DNA of 64,000 nt, from contig CM075987.1 of the NCBI GenBank assembly GCA_038087875.1, positions 24,430,001 through 24,494,000 on the forward strand, in the 5' to 3' direction. A program made the translations under genes and the position numbers. Every line of letters starts with the position of its first letter. Within the stretch, counting starts at the first letter, position 1. The notes beneath the pieces were generated by a model. That model had not been told where the DNA came from. It made no database searches and was given only the letters and a program-made list of their open reading frames with translations. This stretch comes from Malacoraja senta (taxonomy: Eukaryota). Shown here piece after piece: positions 37,376 to 50,865 of the stretch.

Positions 37376-39025
37376 TCACCTCGTGGTCACCCCCAAGAAT
37401 GTCAATTGTTGTGAAAAACCTTAGGGATTGTAACATCCAGTCCTACTAATCAATCTATGACAGGTAATTCTGAGTAAAAAACGTAGAGTTTTTATTCCAT
37501 GGAAGGTTTTGCTATTTTAACTTTTGAGTGCTGATTTATGTATCTATCTAGTTATGATTTATCTAATTATGCCTATCTATATATCTCTTTATGCAGCTCA
37601 CTGTGTGATGTGTCATTGAAGAGGCCCACTAAGCACTCATTAATATTAGACCTTTGAAATCAAGTTTTTGTTGTGTGAATTCAATTGATTGAGCCGCTTA
37701 ATTCATGGCTCAAAACACATTGTCCTGTAGTAATTCAGCATGTCAGGCAGCATCTCTGGAATGAATGGACACTCCATGTTTCAGGTTGGGACCTTTCAAA
37801 GAGTAGACCTTGCCTCACCAAAAGAAAAGGGAAAATTGCAAGATATGACTATTTAAATCAGAAATCAAGTTTTTTTTTTTAAATTTGAGAAACAAAACTA
37901 GCAATCCATTTTGGTTGGCTACTGCCACTATCCCAATGTTAGCTGAGAAGGGACATGTGAATTTTATATTTCAGCATCTAATTTGCTAATATGCTAATAT
38001 TATGTTGGCTATTAGGCATGGGGAGGGAGGGGGGGGAGGGGGAGGGGAAGGGGCATACAGTGAGGTCAAACAATACGTGAAATCTAAAACATGCACATTC
38101 CTAAGGGATGAGATTTACCAACAGGAACTGCCTTGCGTTCCTTTGAATGTAAAACTATACTTTAAAACAATCCAGCAGTCATCTCAGGTAATATATTCCA
38201 CACATCCATCAGCATCTGTTACAGGATTTCCATCTAAATTTTCCAGTTTGCAGACTCCTGGTCTTTTGCCTTTTCTTCCGAAAGTAGCTTTGAAAAGAAA
38301 ATCCATTCTTGATTTTGAAACATGGAGAATATCACTTTCCAGTCTCTTCGTTGCAGTGGGCTTCTTTATCATGCTGATTATGGATACTCAAACACAATCT
38401 TAGCACTTGATATCTTGCCATCGACAAAAAGATGTTTCTTCTTGTCTTGAAGAGGTGCTCCAGGCAACATTTGCAACGTGCCCTTTTACCTGCCTTTTCC
38501 CCCACCGTTCAGGACTACATGCACACATTCAAGGTGAAGCAATAACTTACATGCATTCCTTTCAACCTGATATAAATCCCTCTTCACTGGGTAGAATAAA
38601 TACAGACTGGTTGACCACTTTGCAGAAGACCTCCCTCCGTCTATTCAGTCTGCAATCGTTATCCCAAATCTCTGGCCAAACTGGCATTTCAGTGCCCTGG
38701 TCCGCCCCCAGTCCAATCTAACACAATACAAACTCACAGAACAACAGTTGAGTTGAGTTTAGTTGAGAGATACAGCGTGGAAACAGGCCCTTTGCCCCAC
38801 CGAGTCCACACCGACCATTGATCATCTGTACACTGGTTCTATCCTACATACACCAGGGACAATTCACGGAGAAATATGAAGTCATCCTCTAGGTAGGAAA
38901 AATAGAAAGGCAGGGTTTTGATTAAAGAGTTCATTACTATGAAGCATGAATGTAGGGGTGTCCTTGCTTGTGAATCACTGTTGTAGGTACAGCAAGCAAT
39001 GAGGAAGGGAAATGGAATTTTGGGA

Positions 39026-39702
39026 ACTAAACTAAATTAAAGTTCACTAAACTAAACTGAACTAAACTAAACTGAGTTGAGTTGAGGTGAGTTGAGTTTA
39101 GTCTATTGTCACGTGTACTAAGGAACAGTGAAAAGCTTTTGTTGCTTGCGAGCCGGTCAGCGGAAAGGCTATACATGATTACAATCAAGCCGTCCACAGT
39201 GTACAGATACATGACAAGGGAATAACGTGAATAACATCTAGTGTAAGATAAAGTCCAGTAATGTTTGATCAAAGATAGTCTGGGAGTCTCCAGTGAAGTA
39301 GATAGTAGCTCAGAACTTCTATCCAGTTGGTAGGATGGTTCAGTTGCCTGGGAAGAAACTGTCCCTGAATCTGGAGGTCACACTTCTGTGCCTGGTGCTC
39401 TCCCCTAATTGCCCATTTACCTCTTGCCCGATGGGAGGGGAGAGAAGAGGGAGAGGCCGGGGTGCAACTTGTCATTGAATAAGCTGATTAGGCCTTGCCG
39501 AGGCAGCGTGAGGTGTAAATGGAGACAATGGAAGGGAGGTTGGTTTGCGTGTTGTTCTGGGCTGCGTCCACAATCTTGAGGTCTTGGATGGAACGCTTCT
39601 CAAACCATGCTGTGATGCATCCCGATAAAATGCTTTCCAGGGCACTTCTGTGGAAGTTGGTGAGATTTGTTGTGGGCATGCTGAACTTTCTAAGCTTTCT
39701 AA
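39026..39702 (-). mobile_element. Rex1/Babar-like LINE 3' portion
   Basis: RKLRKFSMPTTNLTNFHRSALESILSGCITAWF...AQNNTQTNLPSIVSIYTSRCLGKA; pentanucleotide tail. Confidence 0.88.
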
Positions 39703-40066
39703 AGGGCCTGTCCAACTTACGCGACCTTTACAGGCGACTGCCGGCACCCGTCATAGGTCAGCGAAATTTTCAACATGTTGAAAATTCAGCGGCGACCAGA
39801 AAGATGCTACGACTCTTTGGAGACCTCTCAAGACCATAGCAGACCTCTCACGACCATACAGGCGACCCCTGGCGACATGTCGCGGGTGACCTCTCACGAC
39901 CATAGGAGATCTCTCATGACCATACAGCCTATGGTCGTGAGAGGTCTCCAAAGAGTCGTAGTGTCTTTCGGTTCGCCGCTGAATTTTCAACATGTTGAAA
40001 ATTTCGGCGACCTATGACATGTGCCGGCAATGGCACTGTAAAGGTCGCGTAAGTGGGACAGGCCCT
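39703..40066. mobile_element. Palindromic Harbinger MITE
   Basis: TIR agggcctgtcc(a/c)acttacgcgacctttaca; perfect TAA TSD; long complementary arms. Confidence 0.93.
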
Positions 40067-40712
40067 TAAGGAAACTAAACTAAACAAAACAAAACTAAAC
40101 TGGTGTGAAGGGCAGAGTAGCCTACTCCCTACTTCTATATCTTATACCAAAACCAGTCCACAGTTCGAAATAAGGTTGCAGATTTGCAAATAATCTATAA
40201 CATCTAGCCACTTAAACAGCAATGTTATTTATCTTGTGGATAGGTTAGTTGGCCGAAGAGCATTTCATAAGTGAATTTAAAAGCCTAAAATGCCCACAAT
40301 GGCTAAGGACAAGAGCTTTTAAATTTCCAGTTCACACTGGATTATTTCCAAAAACTGCACTGCGTTATAAATCACAATTATGCTTTCTTAATCCTGGAAT
40401 TTAAACACACAAGATTCCCACAAAGGAATTTGTGAACAACTTGAAATGAGATTGAAACCATACCTATTGAAATAAGAATAATATTCATCGACTCCCTATA
40501 GGGGGAATTAATAAGAAGCTTTTTCACCAACCATTGGAAACTTTGGTAATTTCGCTCATGAGCATAGTTTGTAAACAAATAATAATTAAAAACCACTGGA
40601 GCCCAACCCTCCAACCAATACATATCTGAAAAAAGGTAAGTTTTACATGAGACTCCAATGTTCCTGTTTTCAGAGGAAATACAGTATTTCACACGGAAGA
40701 TATTTTATTGAG

Positions 40713-40920
40713 GTCTGTGGAATTCTCTGCCTCAGAGGGCGGTGGAGACTGGTTCTCTGGATGCTTTCAAGAGAGAGCTAGATAGGGCTCTTAAAAATAG
40801 CGGAGTCAGGGGATATGGGGAGAAGGCAGGAACGGGGTACTGATTGGGGATGATCAGCCATGATCACATTGAATGGCGGTGCTGGCTCCAAGGGCCAGCT
40901 CCTGCACCTATTATCTATTG
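40713..40920 (+). mobile_element. CR1 3' end
   Basis: ORF2 end and UTR; tattgag at both junctions. Confidence 0.9.
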
Positions 40921-41083
40921 AGTTCCATTAGCAATGAGATAGCAATTAGATGTATATTTTCTAATGGAGATCATGATGATAATAAAATACTAAAATATGA
41001 CCTAGAGAATACTAATCCAAAGCCATTATAAATTGACTGTTATTTACAGATGAAATGTTTAATATTGACCAGAATATATTTCA

Positions 41084-41764
41084 TTTAGTTTAGTTTAGTT
41101 TAGTTTAGAGATAAAGCACGGAAACAGGCCCTTTGGCCCATCGACTCCGCACCGACCAGCGATCCTCACACATTAACACTATCCTACACTAGGGACATTT
41201 TTTACATTCATACCAAGCCAATTGACCTCCAAACCTGTACGTCCAGACATGCTAGAGGCAGGAAACATGTTCCCGATGTTGGGGGAGTCCAGAACCAGGG
41301 GCCACACACAGTTTAAGAATAAGGGGTAAGCCATTTAGAACGGAGATGAGGAAACACATTTTCACGCAGAGAGTTGTGAGTCTGTGGAATTCTCTGCCTC
41401 AGAAGGCGGTGGAGGCCGGTTCTCTGGATACTTTCAAGAGAGAGCTAGACAGAGGTCTCAAAGATAGCGGAGTCAAGGGATATGGGGAGCAGGCAGGAAC
41501 GGGGTATTGATTGTGGTTGATCAGCCATGATCACATTGAATGGCGGTGCTGGCTCGTGGGGCCGAATGGACTACTCCTGCACCTATTGTCTATTGTCTTT
41601 GCAGTGTGGGAGGAAACCGAAGTACTCAAAGAAAACCCACACAGTCACGGGGAGAACGTACAAGCTCTATACAGACAGCACCCATAGTCGGGATCGAACC
41701 CGGGTCTCTGACGCTGTTAGCACTGTAAGGCAGCAACTCTACCGCTGTGCCACTGTGCCGCCCC
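41084..41764 (-). mobile_element. HE1-like SINE split by a CR1
   Basis: Parts 41084-41243 and 41598-41764 are collinear. Confidence 0.9.
41244..41597 (+). mobile_element. CR1 3' end
   Basis: MFPMLGESRTRG... and (ctattgt)n tail. Confidence 0.92.
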
Positions 41765-42063
41765 TGAAATAATGTTGTGCAGAGGAAGATGAGTGATAAT
41801 TTTCTCTTAGTAACATCAATTCAGTTTTTCCAGTCACCACAGCTCTGCATATCACAACTTTTACATCTGCCTATCTTTGCATTCTATCTCTCAAACATCC
41901 CTCATTAATGTGTCAACTAGATGCCTTCACCACAGCAACAATAGTCTCCTCCTATCAAGTATATTCCCTTTGTCCTACTTAGCAAACCATGCCTTCTATT
42001 TCTACAGCCCTGGACTTAAGTATGCTCTTTTTCACTCTTGCTGTGTCTCCAGTGCTCACTAAA

Positions 42064-42305
42064 AGTCCGAAGAAGGGTCTCGACCCGAAACTTCACCCAC
42101 TCCTTCACTCCAGAGATGCTGCCTGTCCCGCTGAGTTACTCCATCTTTTTGTGTCTATCTTCACTAAAATAGATACCATTTCACTAGCAGTGTAGGAAGG
42201 AACTGCAGATGCTGGTAGACACAAAACGCTGGAGTAACAGCAGGACAGGCAGCATTTCCGGCTGAGTTACTCCAGGGTGGACGTTTCGGGTCGAGACCCT
42301 TACTC
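42064..42305. mobile_element. Two convergent Penelope terminal-repeat copies
   Basis: Plus copy 42064-42162; minus copy 42191-42305. Confidence 0.82.
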
Positions 42306-42759
42306 AGCAGCATCCTGAACCATGTTATTTGTTTCTCTAAAGAGACGTTTTTGCATTTTAAGGGTATTTCCGTGCCTGATTTGTCTCTGGATATGATTAT
42401 TTAAGGTTGTCTTGGTCTGAAGCATCCATTCTAGTGTTATCTATATGCTGACTCACATATCTCCGACACTTGCCAACGTGCCTTCACTCTCGCTCGGCAA
42501 CGCCTTGAGTTAAAATCTCTCATCCTTATTTACTTGTTGCACCTTGGCCTGTCCTTCCTTCTGTAATCCTTTTAAATCAAACCTTCAAGGTCTGTAAATT
42601 TATCGATTTCTGGTCCCTTCCAAATCGCTGAAATTAATTATTTTGCCAGCCATGCCGTCACCTTTCTGAACCCAATACTTGAGAATTCCTTATACCCCTG
42701 CAGTGTCTCGATGCTCACGGAAAACCAACATCATTGATTGTCACTTTTTTGTTGTTTCG

Positions 42760-43052
42760 TTTTTAGTTTCCAGATACAGGCTATTCGGCTCGCCGAGTCC
42801 GCACCAACCAGCGATCCCCACACCCGACACACACACTAGGGGCAATTTTACTTTTTTTGTAACATTTGTACCAATTAACCATCAAACCTGTATGTCGACG
42901 GAGTGTGGGAGGAATCCGGAGCACCCGGAGAAAACCCACGCAGGCCACGGGGAGAGCGGACAAACTCCGTACAGACAGCACCCGTAGTCAGGATCAAACA
43001 CAGGTCTCTGGCGCTGCAATGCAGCAACTCTACCGCTGTGCCACCGTGCAGC
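42760..43052 (-). mobile_element. HE1-like SINE
   Basis: Full layout. Confidence 0.9.
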
Positions 43053-43139
43053 CCATGTGATGCTTTCTATCATAATCCATCCATCTGTCTCTATCTTCAT
43101 CTATATATATTTATATATATATATATATATTTCTGTATT

Positions 43140-43338
43140 TATATATTCATTGCTTCCAGCTCCAGTTCCCCACCTCCCAGTTCGGACCCAAGCCGGACTA
43201 TCGATATATTTCTTCTTCCCGCCCCCCCCACCCTGCATCAGTCTGAAGAAGGGTTTCGGCCTGAAACATTGCCTATTTCCTTTGCTCCATCGATGCTGTC
43301 GCACCCGCTGAGTTTCTCCAGCACTTTTGTCTACCTTC
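43140..43338 (+). mobile_element. Penelope 3' end with terminal repeat
   Basis: catcagtctgaagaagggtttcggcctgaaacattgcc... Confidence 0.8.
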
Positions 43339-43382
43339 ATGTGTATATATATTTTAATACAATAATTTTTTTTTTTTTTTAA

Positions 43383-43409
43383 ACACACACACACGCACGC
43401 ACACACGCA

Positions 43410-43499
<90 letters not shown>
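43383..43499. repeat. Compound (CA)n/(CGCA)n microsatellite
   Basis: Direct reading. Confidence 0.95.
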
Positions 43500-43501
<2 letters not shown>

Positions 43502-44195
43502 ATAACCGTATGTACCCCAAGTATTTAAGCATACATTACAGACTTTAGGCTTTAAGGAATCATTTCATCTGATCCATGCTCTATTATTTTTGGACAGATT
43601 TACCATGAACCTCGATAACAAACCCCACAACCATACTGGGTTTCAGCGTTATCAACATTGCGAGGAGATTCACAGATACAGAAAACAGATGTCGAGTTAG
43701 CAAAGGAGAGATTAAGAGGGTTAGCAGCACAGCTGGTTGGCGAGATGGGTTTGGATGGAGATTTTGAGGGGGAAATGAAGATGAGAGTGTGGTACAGGAT
43801 CATAGGGACAGATAAGGAAAGAGTGGCCATCTGGAGAAGAGATGTGTATCCCGAGACAAGAAACAAACCCTCAATAAATGGAACGCGCCAAAGGAATTTA
43901 CTTTTTGAAGGCAGGCTTCATTATAAACCAAGCACGCACTAAAGTGGTTGCCTGGAAAATAATTAACATGGTCCTCTGCCAATAACCTAATACATTACTC
44001 CAAGTAGCCGCAAATTGAAGGCATAACTATCATTCCCATTTTTGCACAAAGTTTGAAGTTCATCCCCGACCACCCTACCCAGCAAGGAAGTCGTGCCAAG
44101 CCCCACACAGATATATCAGGACTAAACAATGCAGATGTGTTCATTTTAGTGGAGTCAGTGCAGTGCAAGTAATAGCTACAGTAAGTAATGTTCGA

Positions 44196-44500
44196 TTTTA
44201 GTTTAGTTTAGTTTAGGGATACAACGCGGAAACAGGCCCTTCGGCCCACCGAGTCCGCGCCGACCAGCGATCCCCGCACACTAACACTATCCCACACACA
44301 CACACTAGGGCCAATTTACATTTATACCAAGCCAATTAACCTACAAGCCAGTACGTCTTTGGAATGTGGGAGGAAACCGAAGATCTCGGTCACGTGGAGA
44401 ACGTACAAACTCCGTACAGCACCCGTAGTCAGGATCGAACCCAGGTTTCCGGCGCTGCAAGCGCTGTAAGGCAGCAACTCTACCGCTGCGCCACCGTGTC
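44196..44500 (-). mobile_element. HE1-like SINE
   Basis: Full layout. Confidence 0.92.
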
Positions 44501-44624
44501 GCCGGAGTGTGCTCGAGTGTTCCAATCAGAGCTCCGGGTCCCGGCTTTGATCCTGACCTGGGATACTGGTTCACACAAGAAAAGTGGCTTTTTAGTATAT
44601 TCAGTGGAGAGGCAGAGATGGCAC

Positions 44625-44635
44625 GAGAGCGAGAG

Positions 44636-44671
<36 letters not shown>
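44625..44671. repeat. (GA)n microsatellite
   Basis: Direct reading. Confidence 0.9.
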
Positions 44672-44674
<3 letters not shown>

Positions 44675-44679
44675 AAGCT

Positions 44680-44946
44680 GAGGTTGAGTTTCGAGTTTAG
44701 TTTATTGTCACGTGTACCGAGGTACAGGGAAAAGCTTTTTGCTGTGTGCTAACCAGTCAGCGGAACGACAATATATGATTACAATCGAGCCGTTAACAGT
44801 GTACATCTAGACACATGATAAAGGGAATATCGTGCAGTGAAAGGTGAAGCCAGTCAGTGCAACATAGATTGTGCAAGGGTCTCCAATGAGGTAGATAGTA
44901 GCTCAGGACTGCTCTCTAGTTGTTGGTAGGATGGTTCAGTTGCCTG
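44680..44946 (-). mobile_element. Rex1-like 3' tail
   Basis: Homologous to 39090-39350. Confidence 0.82.
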
Positions 44947-44984
44947 GTGTTCCAGGTTACTGGTGCTCCCTCCCCTAAGGGATG

Positions 44985-45780
44985 TAATGCTAAGGCTCTA
45001 TAACGCTCTGTCAGGCCACATTTGGAATATTATGAGCAATTTTGGGCACCACATCTGTGGAAGGACGTGCTGTCTGGAGATGGTCCAGAGGAGGTTTACA
45101 GGAATGATCCCAGGAATGTGTAGGTTACCATATGCCGAGCGTTTGACGCCACTGGGCCTGTACTCACTGGAGGTTAGAAGGTTGAGGGGGGGACGGGACG
45201 TCATTGAAACATACCGAATAGTGAAAGGCTTGGATAGAGTGGATGTGGAGAGGTTGTTTCCACCAGTGGGAGAGTCTAGGACCAGAGGCCATAGCCTCAG
45301 ATTCAAAGGACAGTCCTTTAGGAAGATGCAGGGGAGAATTTAGGTAGATAGATTTTTGATTAGTATGGGAGAAGGCAGGAGAATGGGGTTAAGCCCCAGT
45401 CCCACGATGCGTTCTTTACCCAAGAGCTCTCCCGAGTTTAAAAAAAATCAAACTCGTGGTACTTCATCACGAGTATTTTTTTACTCTTGGAAATTTTTCA
45501 CACTGTTGAAAGATCATCATGAGTTTCCGCGTTTCCCGAGTACCTGCCGTTAGCATTACGAGCCACAACGAGACATCCACGAGCTCCGACGTACCCGCTA
45601 CGTACATTCTACGTACTTACCACGAGTTTGAATTTTTTTAAAACTCGTGAGAGCTCTTGGATAAACTGGCATTGTGGGACAGGGGCTTTAGGAGGGAGAG
45701 ATAGATCAGCCACGATTGAATGGTGGAGTAGACTTGATGGGGCAAATGGCCTAATTCTGCACCTATGACATGACCTTATC
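44985..45780 (+). mobile_element. CR1 3' end split by a Harbinger MITE
   Basis: LEMVQRRFTGMIPGM...LGLYSLE...; UTR resumes at 45691. Confidence 0.9.
45392..45687. mobile_element. Harbinger MITE (same family as 57674-57993)
   Basis: TIRs agccccagtcccac / gtgggacaggggct; perfect TTA TSD. Confidence 0.92.
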
Positions 45781-45917
45781 ACCTTAATTCCCCATTTTAC
45801 TGGTGCCCTGGTATACCATCTCTCTCACTGACACACTCTATCACTCCATCCGTTGATTTGTAGTAGATGTTTTCCTTCTGTGATGGGAAGAGAGAGATCA
45901 AGAATGGGGAGAGAGAG

Positions 45918-46620
45918 AGAGTTGTCAGAGATAGTCCAGGGGAATATGAGGGCAGGGTGGACTTTGTTAACTCCACAGATTCTGCCTAGGTGCAGGAGGC
46001 AGAGCCCAATGTAGTCGTCAATGCAGCGGAGAAAGTGTTGGGGGGATAGGGCCAGTGATCATTTGTAATAAGGATGGTTCAATGTAACCAACAACAAGAC
46101 AGCCATAGCTGGGGCCCACACGAGTGCCCATGGACACACCTTCAACTTGAAGTAAGTAAGAGGAGTCCAAAGAGGGGTTGCTTAGGGTGACGCCAAGTTC
46201 CAGCAGGCAAACTGATTGTGTAGGAAGGAACTGCAGATGCTGGTTTACACTGAAGATAGACACAAATGGCCGGGGTAACTCTGCGGAGCAGGCAGCAACT
46301 CTGGAGAGGAAGGAATGGGTGACGTTTCGGGCCGAGACCCTTCTTTAGTCGCGGGAAAGGGAAACGAGAGATATAGACGATGATGTAGAGAGATGAAGTA
46401 CGGTGAATGGAAGATATGCAAAAAAGTATCGGTGATAAAGGAAACAGGCCAGTGTAAGCTGCTTGTTGGGTGAAAGACGAGAAGCTGGAATGGGTCTCTG
46501 TTCAGGCAAGAACAGGAGAGACCTTGAGATGGGGGATGGAGATGTTAACGGACTGCACATCCATGGTAAAGATAAGGCAATGGGGGAAGAGTTGAGGGGC
46601 GCGTGAGATGCCTTGGATGT
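45918..46620 (-). mobile_element. Penelope RT fragments with an inserted Penelope 3' end (46217 to about 46490)
   Basis: DSSYLLQVEGVSMGTRVGPSYGCLVVGYIEPSL. Confidence 0.8.
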
Positions 46621-46703
46621 AAGTCGACCCAACTGGCCCACACCAACCAACATACCCCATCTACACCCGTCCAACCTGCCTGCGTATATATCTATATACA
46701 CTA

Positions 46704-46903
46704 TGTAGGAAGGAACTGAAGATACTGGTTTAATTCGAACATAGACACAAAATGCTGGAGTAACTCAGCAGGACAGGCTGCATCTCTGGAGAGAAGGAAT
46801 GGGTGACATTTCGGGTGAAGAAGGCTCTCGAACCGAAACGTCACCCGCTCCTTCTCTCCAGAGATGCAGCCTGTCCCGCTGAGTTACTCCAGCATTTTGT
46901 GTA
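46704..46903. mobile_element. Inverted Penelope terminal-repeat pair
   Basis: Minus copy ends at tttcgggt and joins gaagaagg of the plus copy. Confidence 0.87.
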
Positions 46904-46939
46904 TATATATATATCTATATTTCTGTAATTTCATTCTCA

Positions 46940-47057
46940 TTCATACAGGTATCAGAGGTTTATGGGGAGAAGGCAGGAGAATGGGGTTAGGAAGGAGAGA
47001 TAGATCAGCCACGATGGGTCGAATGGCCTAATTCTACTCCTATCACTTATGACCTTA
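46940..47057 (+). mobile_element. CR1 3' UTR fragment
   Basis: tatggggagaaggcaggagaatggggttag...cttatgacctta. Confidence 0.8.
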
Positions 47058-47851
47058 GGACTCCCTGTGCATATATTTGATGCCACAATGATCAGCTATC
47101 ATCTCGCCTGTAATCTTTAAACCAGCCTATCTGATTCCTTCCACAACTAACATTGTTATCTGCCACAGTCACCCAGGTTAAAGATAGTAAGCATGGCTTA
47201 GTGCAACACGGCAGGCAAGGTAAATGCTGCATTACTGCATTACCTCACACTTGTTTGGACAAGGACGTCGTTGCCAAGAGAAACATTTAATAAATGCTCA
47301 GCACACGGAAGGTCTGACAGTATTGTTTTTACTAACGTTGCACTGTTTGAAAACAATGTCGTTCCCGACACAATGGGAGGTTTTGTTAGAATGTATTACA
47401 TCTCAAAATGAAGTCAATGTGTGGAGAATGTACTCAACATGAACCTAGATTTTTTTTTTTTTTAAACATACTTATTTCGTTGAGAATAGCTACAGGCAGT
47501 GGGGCAACTTCGGACCAACTTCACACAAAGGCACTGTCTCTCCAAAGATTGTTCACACACCCCGCTCCAAAGCCTCTTGGCAGGCATGCTGAAGAAAAGT
47601 TTGACAACTGCCTAATAGAAACACATGTCATTTGTAATTCAATTGAAGTGCTCGTCAGATTTCTCGCTCACAATGGCTACTCAAGACAATCTTATGGGGT
47701 TCAAGCAGTTGAACTCAGCTAACAGATAGAGACAAAACAATTGAAACGTTAATTAGTTCTTCGTGTGCTTTTATGTTTTCATGTTTTTTTAAGGCATATT
47801 AAAGAGCAAAACTTATACAAATCAAACGTTTTGACTCTCGGTCAATGGAGT

Positions 47852-48112
47852 CTTAGTTTAGTTCAGTTTAGAGATACAGCAAAGGAACAGGCCCTTCGGC
47901 CCATCGGGTCCACAACGACCAGCAATCCTTGCACATTAACACTATCCTGGGAACAATTCACATTCATTCCAAGCCAATTAACCTACAAACCTGTACGTCT
48001 TTGGAGTGTGGGAGGTAACCGAAGATCTCGGAGAAAAGCCACCCAGGTCACGGAGAGAAACTGTGTACAGATAGGCACCATTAAGTCAGAATCGCACCAG
48101 GATCTCTGGCTC
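47852..48112 (-). mobile_element. HE1-like SINE
   Basis: Tail and central domain. Confidence 0.85.
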
Positions 48113-48184
48113 TGTTGTGTTGATGGAGAAAAAAATGCTCTTTGAGATAATATAGGGTGTCTTGTCTAATCGGTTTCACCCTCT

Positions 48185-48530
48185 AATAGAATAGATTGGG
48201 TAGATGCCCAGAGTCTCTTGCCCGGAGTAGGCAAATCAAGGACATAGGTTGAGCATGAGGGGGAAAAGATTTAGTAGGAATCTGAGGGGTGACTTTTTTC
48301 ACACAAAGGGTGATGAGTGTATGGAATGAGCTGCCAGAGGAGGTATTTGGGGCTGGGATTATCGCAATATTTAAGAAATAGTTAAACAGGTACATGGATA
48401 GGACAGGTTTGGAGGGATATGGACCAAACGCGGGCAGGTGGGTCTGGTGTAGCTGGGACATGTTGGCTGGTGTGGTGGGCAAGGTGGGCCGAAGGGCCAG
48501 TTTCCACGCTATGACTGTATCACTCTATGA
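48185..48530 (+). mobile_element. CR1/HER1-like 3' end
   Basis: Homologous to 878-1230. Confidence 0.9.
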
Positions 48531-48889
48531 CTTACCAGCACCTGCCCTTCCACACAACGCAGTGTGAAAACAAGCACGGACTCGTGTGAAACGCCGAGAC
48601 ACAAAGAGAATCTTACTGGCAATTCACTTCCAAGCCGCCGGCAAAAGGTGAATATGTTTCGGCCAACAGGCGGAGAAATTAATAAAACGATTCAAAACAA
48701 AAAGCAAGGCTGATATGGTGGAGCCAACAACAGCACATATTTACAAGGGCGCGATCATTGAACTAATTATCTGAACTTCATCTTGGCTGAATGCAGCTGC
48801 AAAACTTTTAACATTGTGTGACTCAAACAATCAAAGCGGAAAGAAAATAGTTAAACAAGCTCGTGCCTGACGTCAGTGGGTCCAATGGA

Positions 48890-49810
48890 GTTTAGTTTAG
48901 TTTAGAGATACTTCGCGGAATCAGGCCCTTCGGCCCACCGAGTCCACGCCGGCCCGCGATCCCCGCACACCAACACTATCCTACACTCACTAGGGACAAT
49001 TTACAATTTTACCAATCCAATTAGCCTACAAACCTGTACCACTTTGGAGGAAGAATGTACTCTCTTTGAGTTCACTCATTCAGGGAATTACTAGCATGTA
49101 AACAGGCCCTCTGGCCCAACTTGGCCTGACCATCCAAGATGCCCCAATACAAACTAGTCCCATTTGCCCTCACTTGAAGCACAACCTTCTAAACCTTCCC
49201 TATCTAGCTACCTGTCCAAATGTCTTTTAAATATTGTAATTAGATCTGGCTCAACAACCTCATCTGGTAACTCATTCCTTATCTACCCACCAACATCGTC
49301 TGTGTGAAAAAACTGCCCCTCAGTTTCCTTATTATTATTTTTTTTCCCCACCTTAAACCTGTGCTCTCTAATCCTTGATCCCCCGACCCTGGGGAAATGA
49401 TGGTGCATTCACACTATCTATTCCTCTCACGGTTTTATCCACCATGGAATTTCTTTAGTCAGAAGGTGGTGAATCTGTGGAATTCTTTGCCACAAAAGGC
49501 TGTGGATGCCAAGTCAATGGATATTTTTAAGGCAGATTCTTGATTAGTCTGTCAGAGGTTTTGGGGAGAAGGCAGGAGAATTGGGTTAGGAGAGATAGAT
49601 CAGCCATGATTGAATGGCGGCATAGACTTGATGGGCCGAATGGCCTAATTCTGCTGTTATGACCTTATGAGTGTGGGAGGAATCTGGATCACCCACAGAA
49701 AATCCACGCGGTCATAGAGAGAACGTACAAACTCCGCACAGACAGCACCCGTAGTCAGGATCGAACTCGGGTCTCTGGGGCCGTAAGGCAGCAACTCTAC
49801 CACTGCGCCA
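48890..49810 (-). mobile_element. HE1-like SINE halves (48890-49050 and 49668-49810) flanking two opposite-strand CR1 3' ends
   Basis: CR1 minus at about 49095-49440 and CR1 plus at about 49446-49668 lie between collinear SINE parts. Confidence 0.75.
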
Positions 49811-50257
49811 CAAGTGGTGCCCCTAAGCAGAAGGCAAAAGCTGTGGTTGGATTGAAGATTCAACAAAGTATTTATCTGTTGCGACACATTTTTCTCGTAA
49901 ATCTATTAAATAATAAATTAATATGAATGAATTAATTAAGTGATCTCAGAAGATGAATTATACATAGCAGGTCATGATATTATGCTGGTAAGGATGGGAG
50001 GGGGGGGGGGGTCACATGATTGTCCACTAACTCTCCCACTATTACAGATTTGAGTCTCACTCCTACTCTGAATCAGATCACCTTCCCTGACACTTCATGG
50101 CATTGTTAGAACAGCAGTCTTTCAGAAAAGGCATTGACCTGAGATTCCTGGTATTAACGACCCTGGGTAGTTTGTGTACAAGACATTCTCATCAAACATA
50201 CAGACAAACCACCTACAGTCAGGATCGATCAACATCCTTGCAAAAGAAGGCAGCGAC

Positions 50258-50535
50258 TCTTGTTAAGAATAAGGGGTAGGCCATTTGGGACTGAGATGAG
50301 GAAAAACTTTTTCACCCAGGGAGTTGTGAATCTGTGGAATTCTCTGCCACAGAAGGCAGTGGAGGCCAATTCACTGCATTTATTCAAGAGAGAGTTAGAT
50401 TTAACTCTTAGGGCTAATGGAATCAAGGGATATGAGGAGAAAGCAGGAACGGGGTACTGATTTTGGATGATCAGCCATGATCATATTGAATGGCGGTGCT
50501 GGTTCGAAGGGCCGAATGGCCTACTCCTGCACTAG
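50258..50535 (+). mobile_element. CR1 3' end
   Basis: LRIRGRPFGTEMRKNFFTQGVVNLWNSLPQKAVEA. Confidence 0.9.
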
Positions 50536-50664
50536 TGTCTTCTTGTTTTGTATATAATTTATTATCCAGAATAAAGTTTATCTTGATTAAAAATAAACAA
50601 ATGAGACCCAGGTTGATCTGAAGAATCTTATATCACAACTTGCAGATGAATGGAGAATGTCATA

Positions 50665-50865
50665 CCAGTATCCTGACCAATATTTCCACCCCCGCCATCA
50701 ATGACAGGATCTGATCATCACATAATTGCTGTTTGCGGATTGGGCGATGCAGAAGTTAGTTGCCACGCTTCCGACATTAAAACATTGTCTACACTTCAAA
50801 AGTACTTAATTGGCTGTAAAGTGCTGAGGGATGTCCCAAGGTGCCGTATAAATGCGGGTCTTTAA
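50665..50865 (+). mobile_element. Old Deu-SINE (SacSINE1/AmnSINE1-like) 3' portion
   Basis: tcctgaccaatattt...attgctgtttg...ctacacttcaaaagtacttaattggctgtaaag...tataaatgc resembles the shark Deu-SINE 3' half (recognised from memory). Confidence 0.72.

Noticed and set aside
38002..38721. ORFs of 62-133 aa in unique sequence
   Set aside because: No recognisable domain or convincing splice context; lengths compatible with chance.
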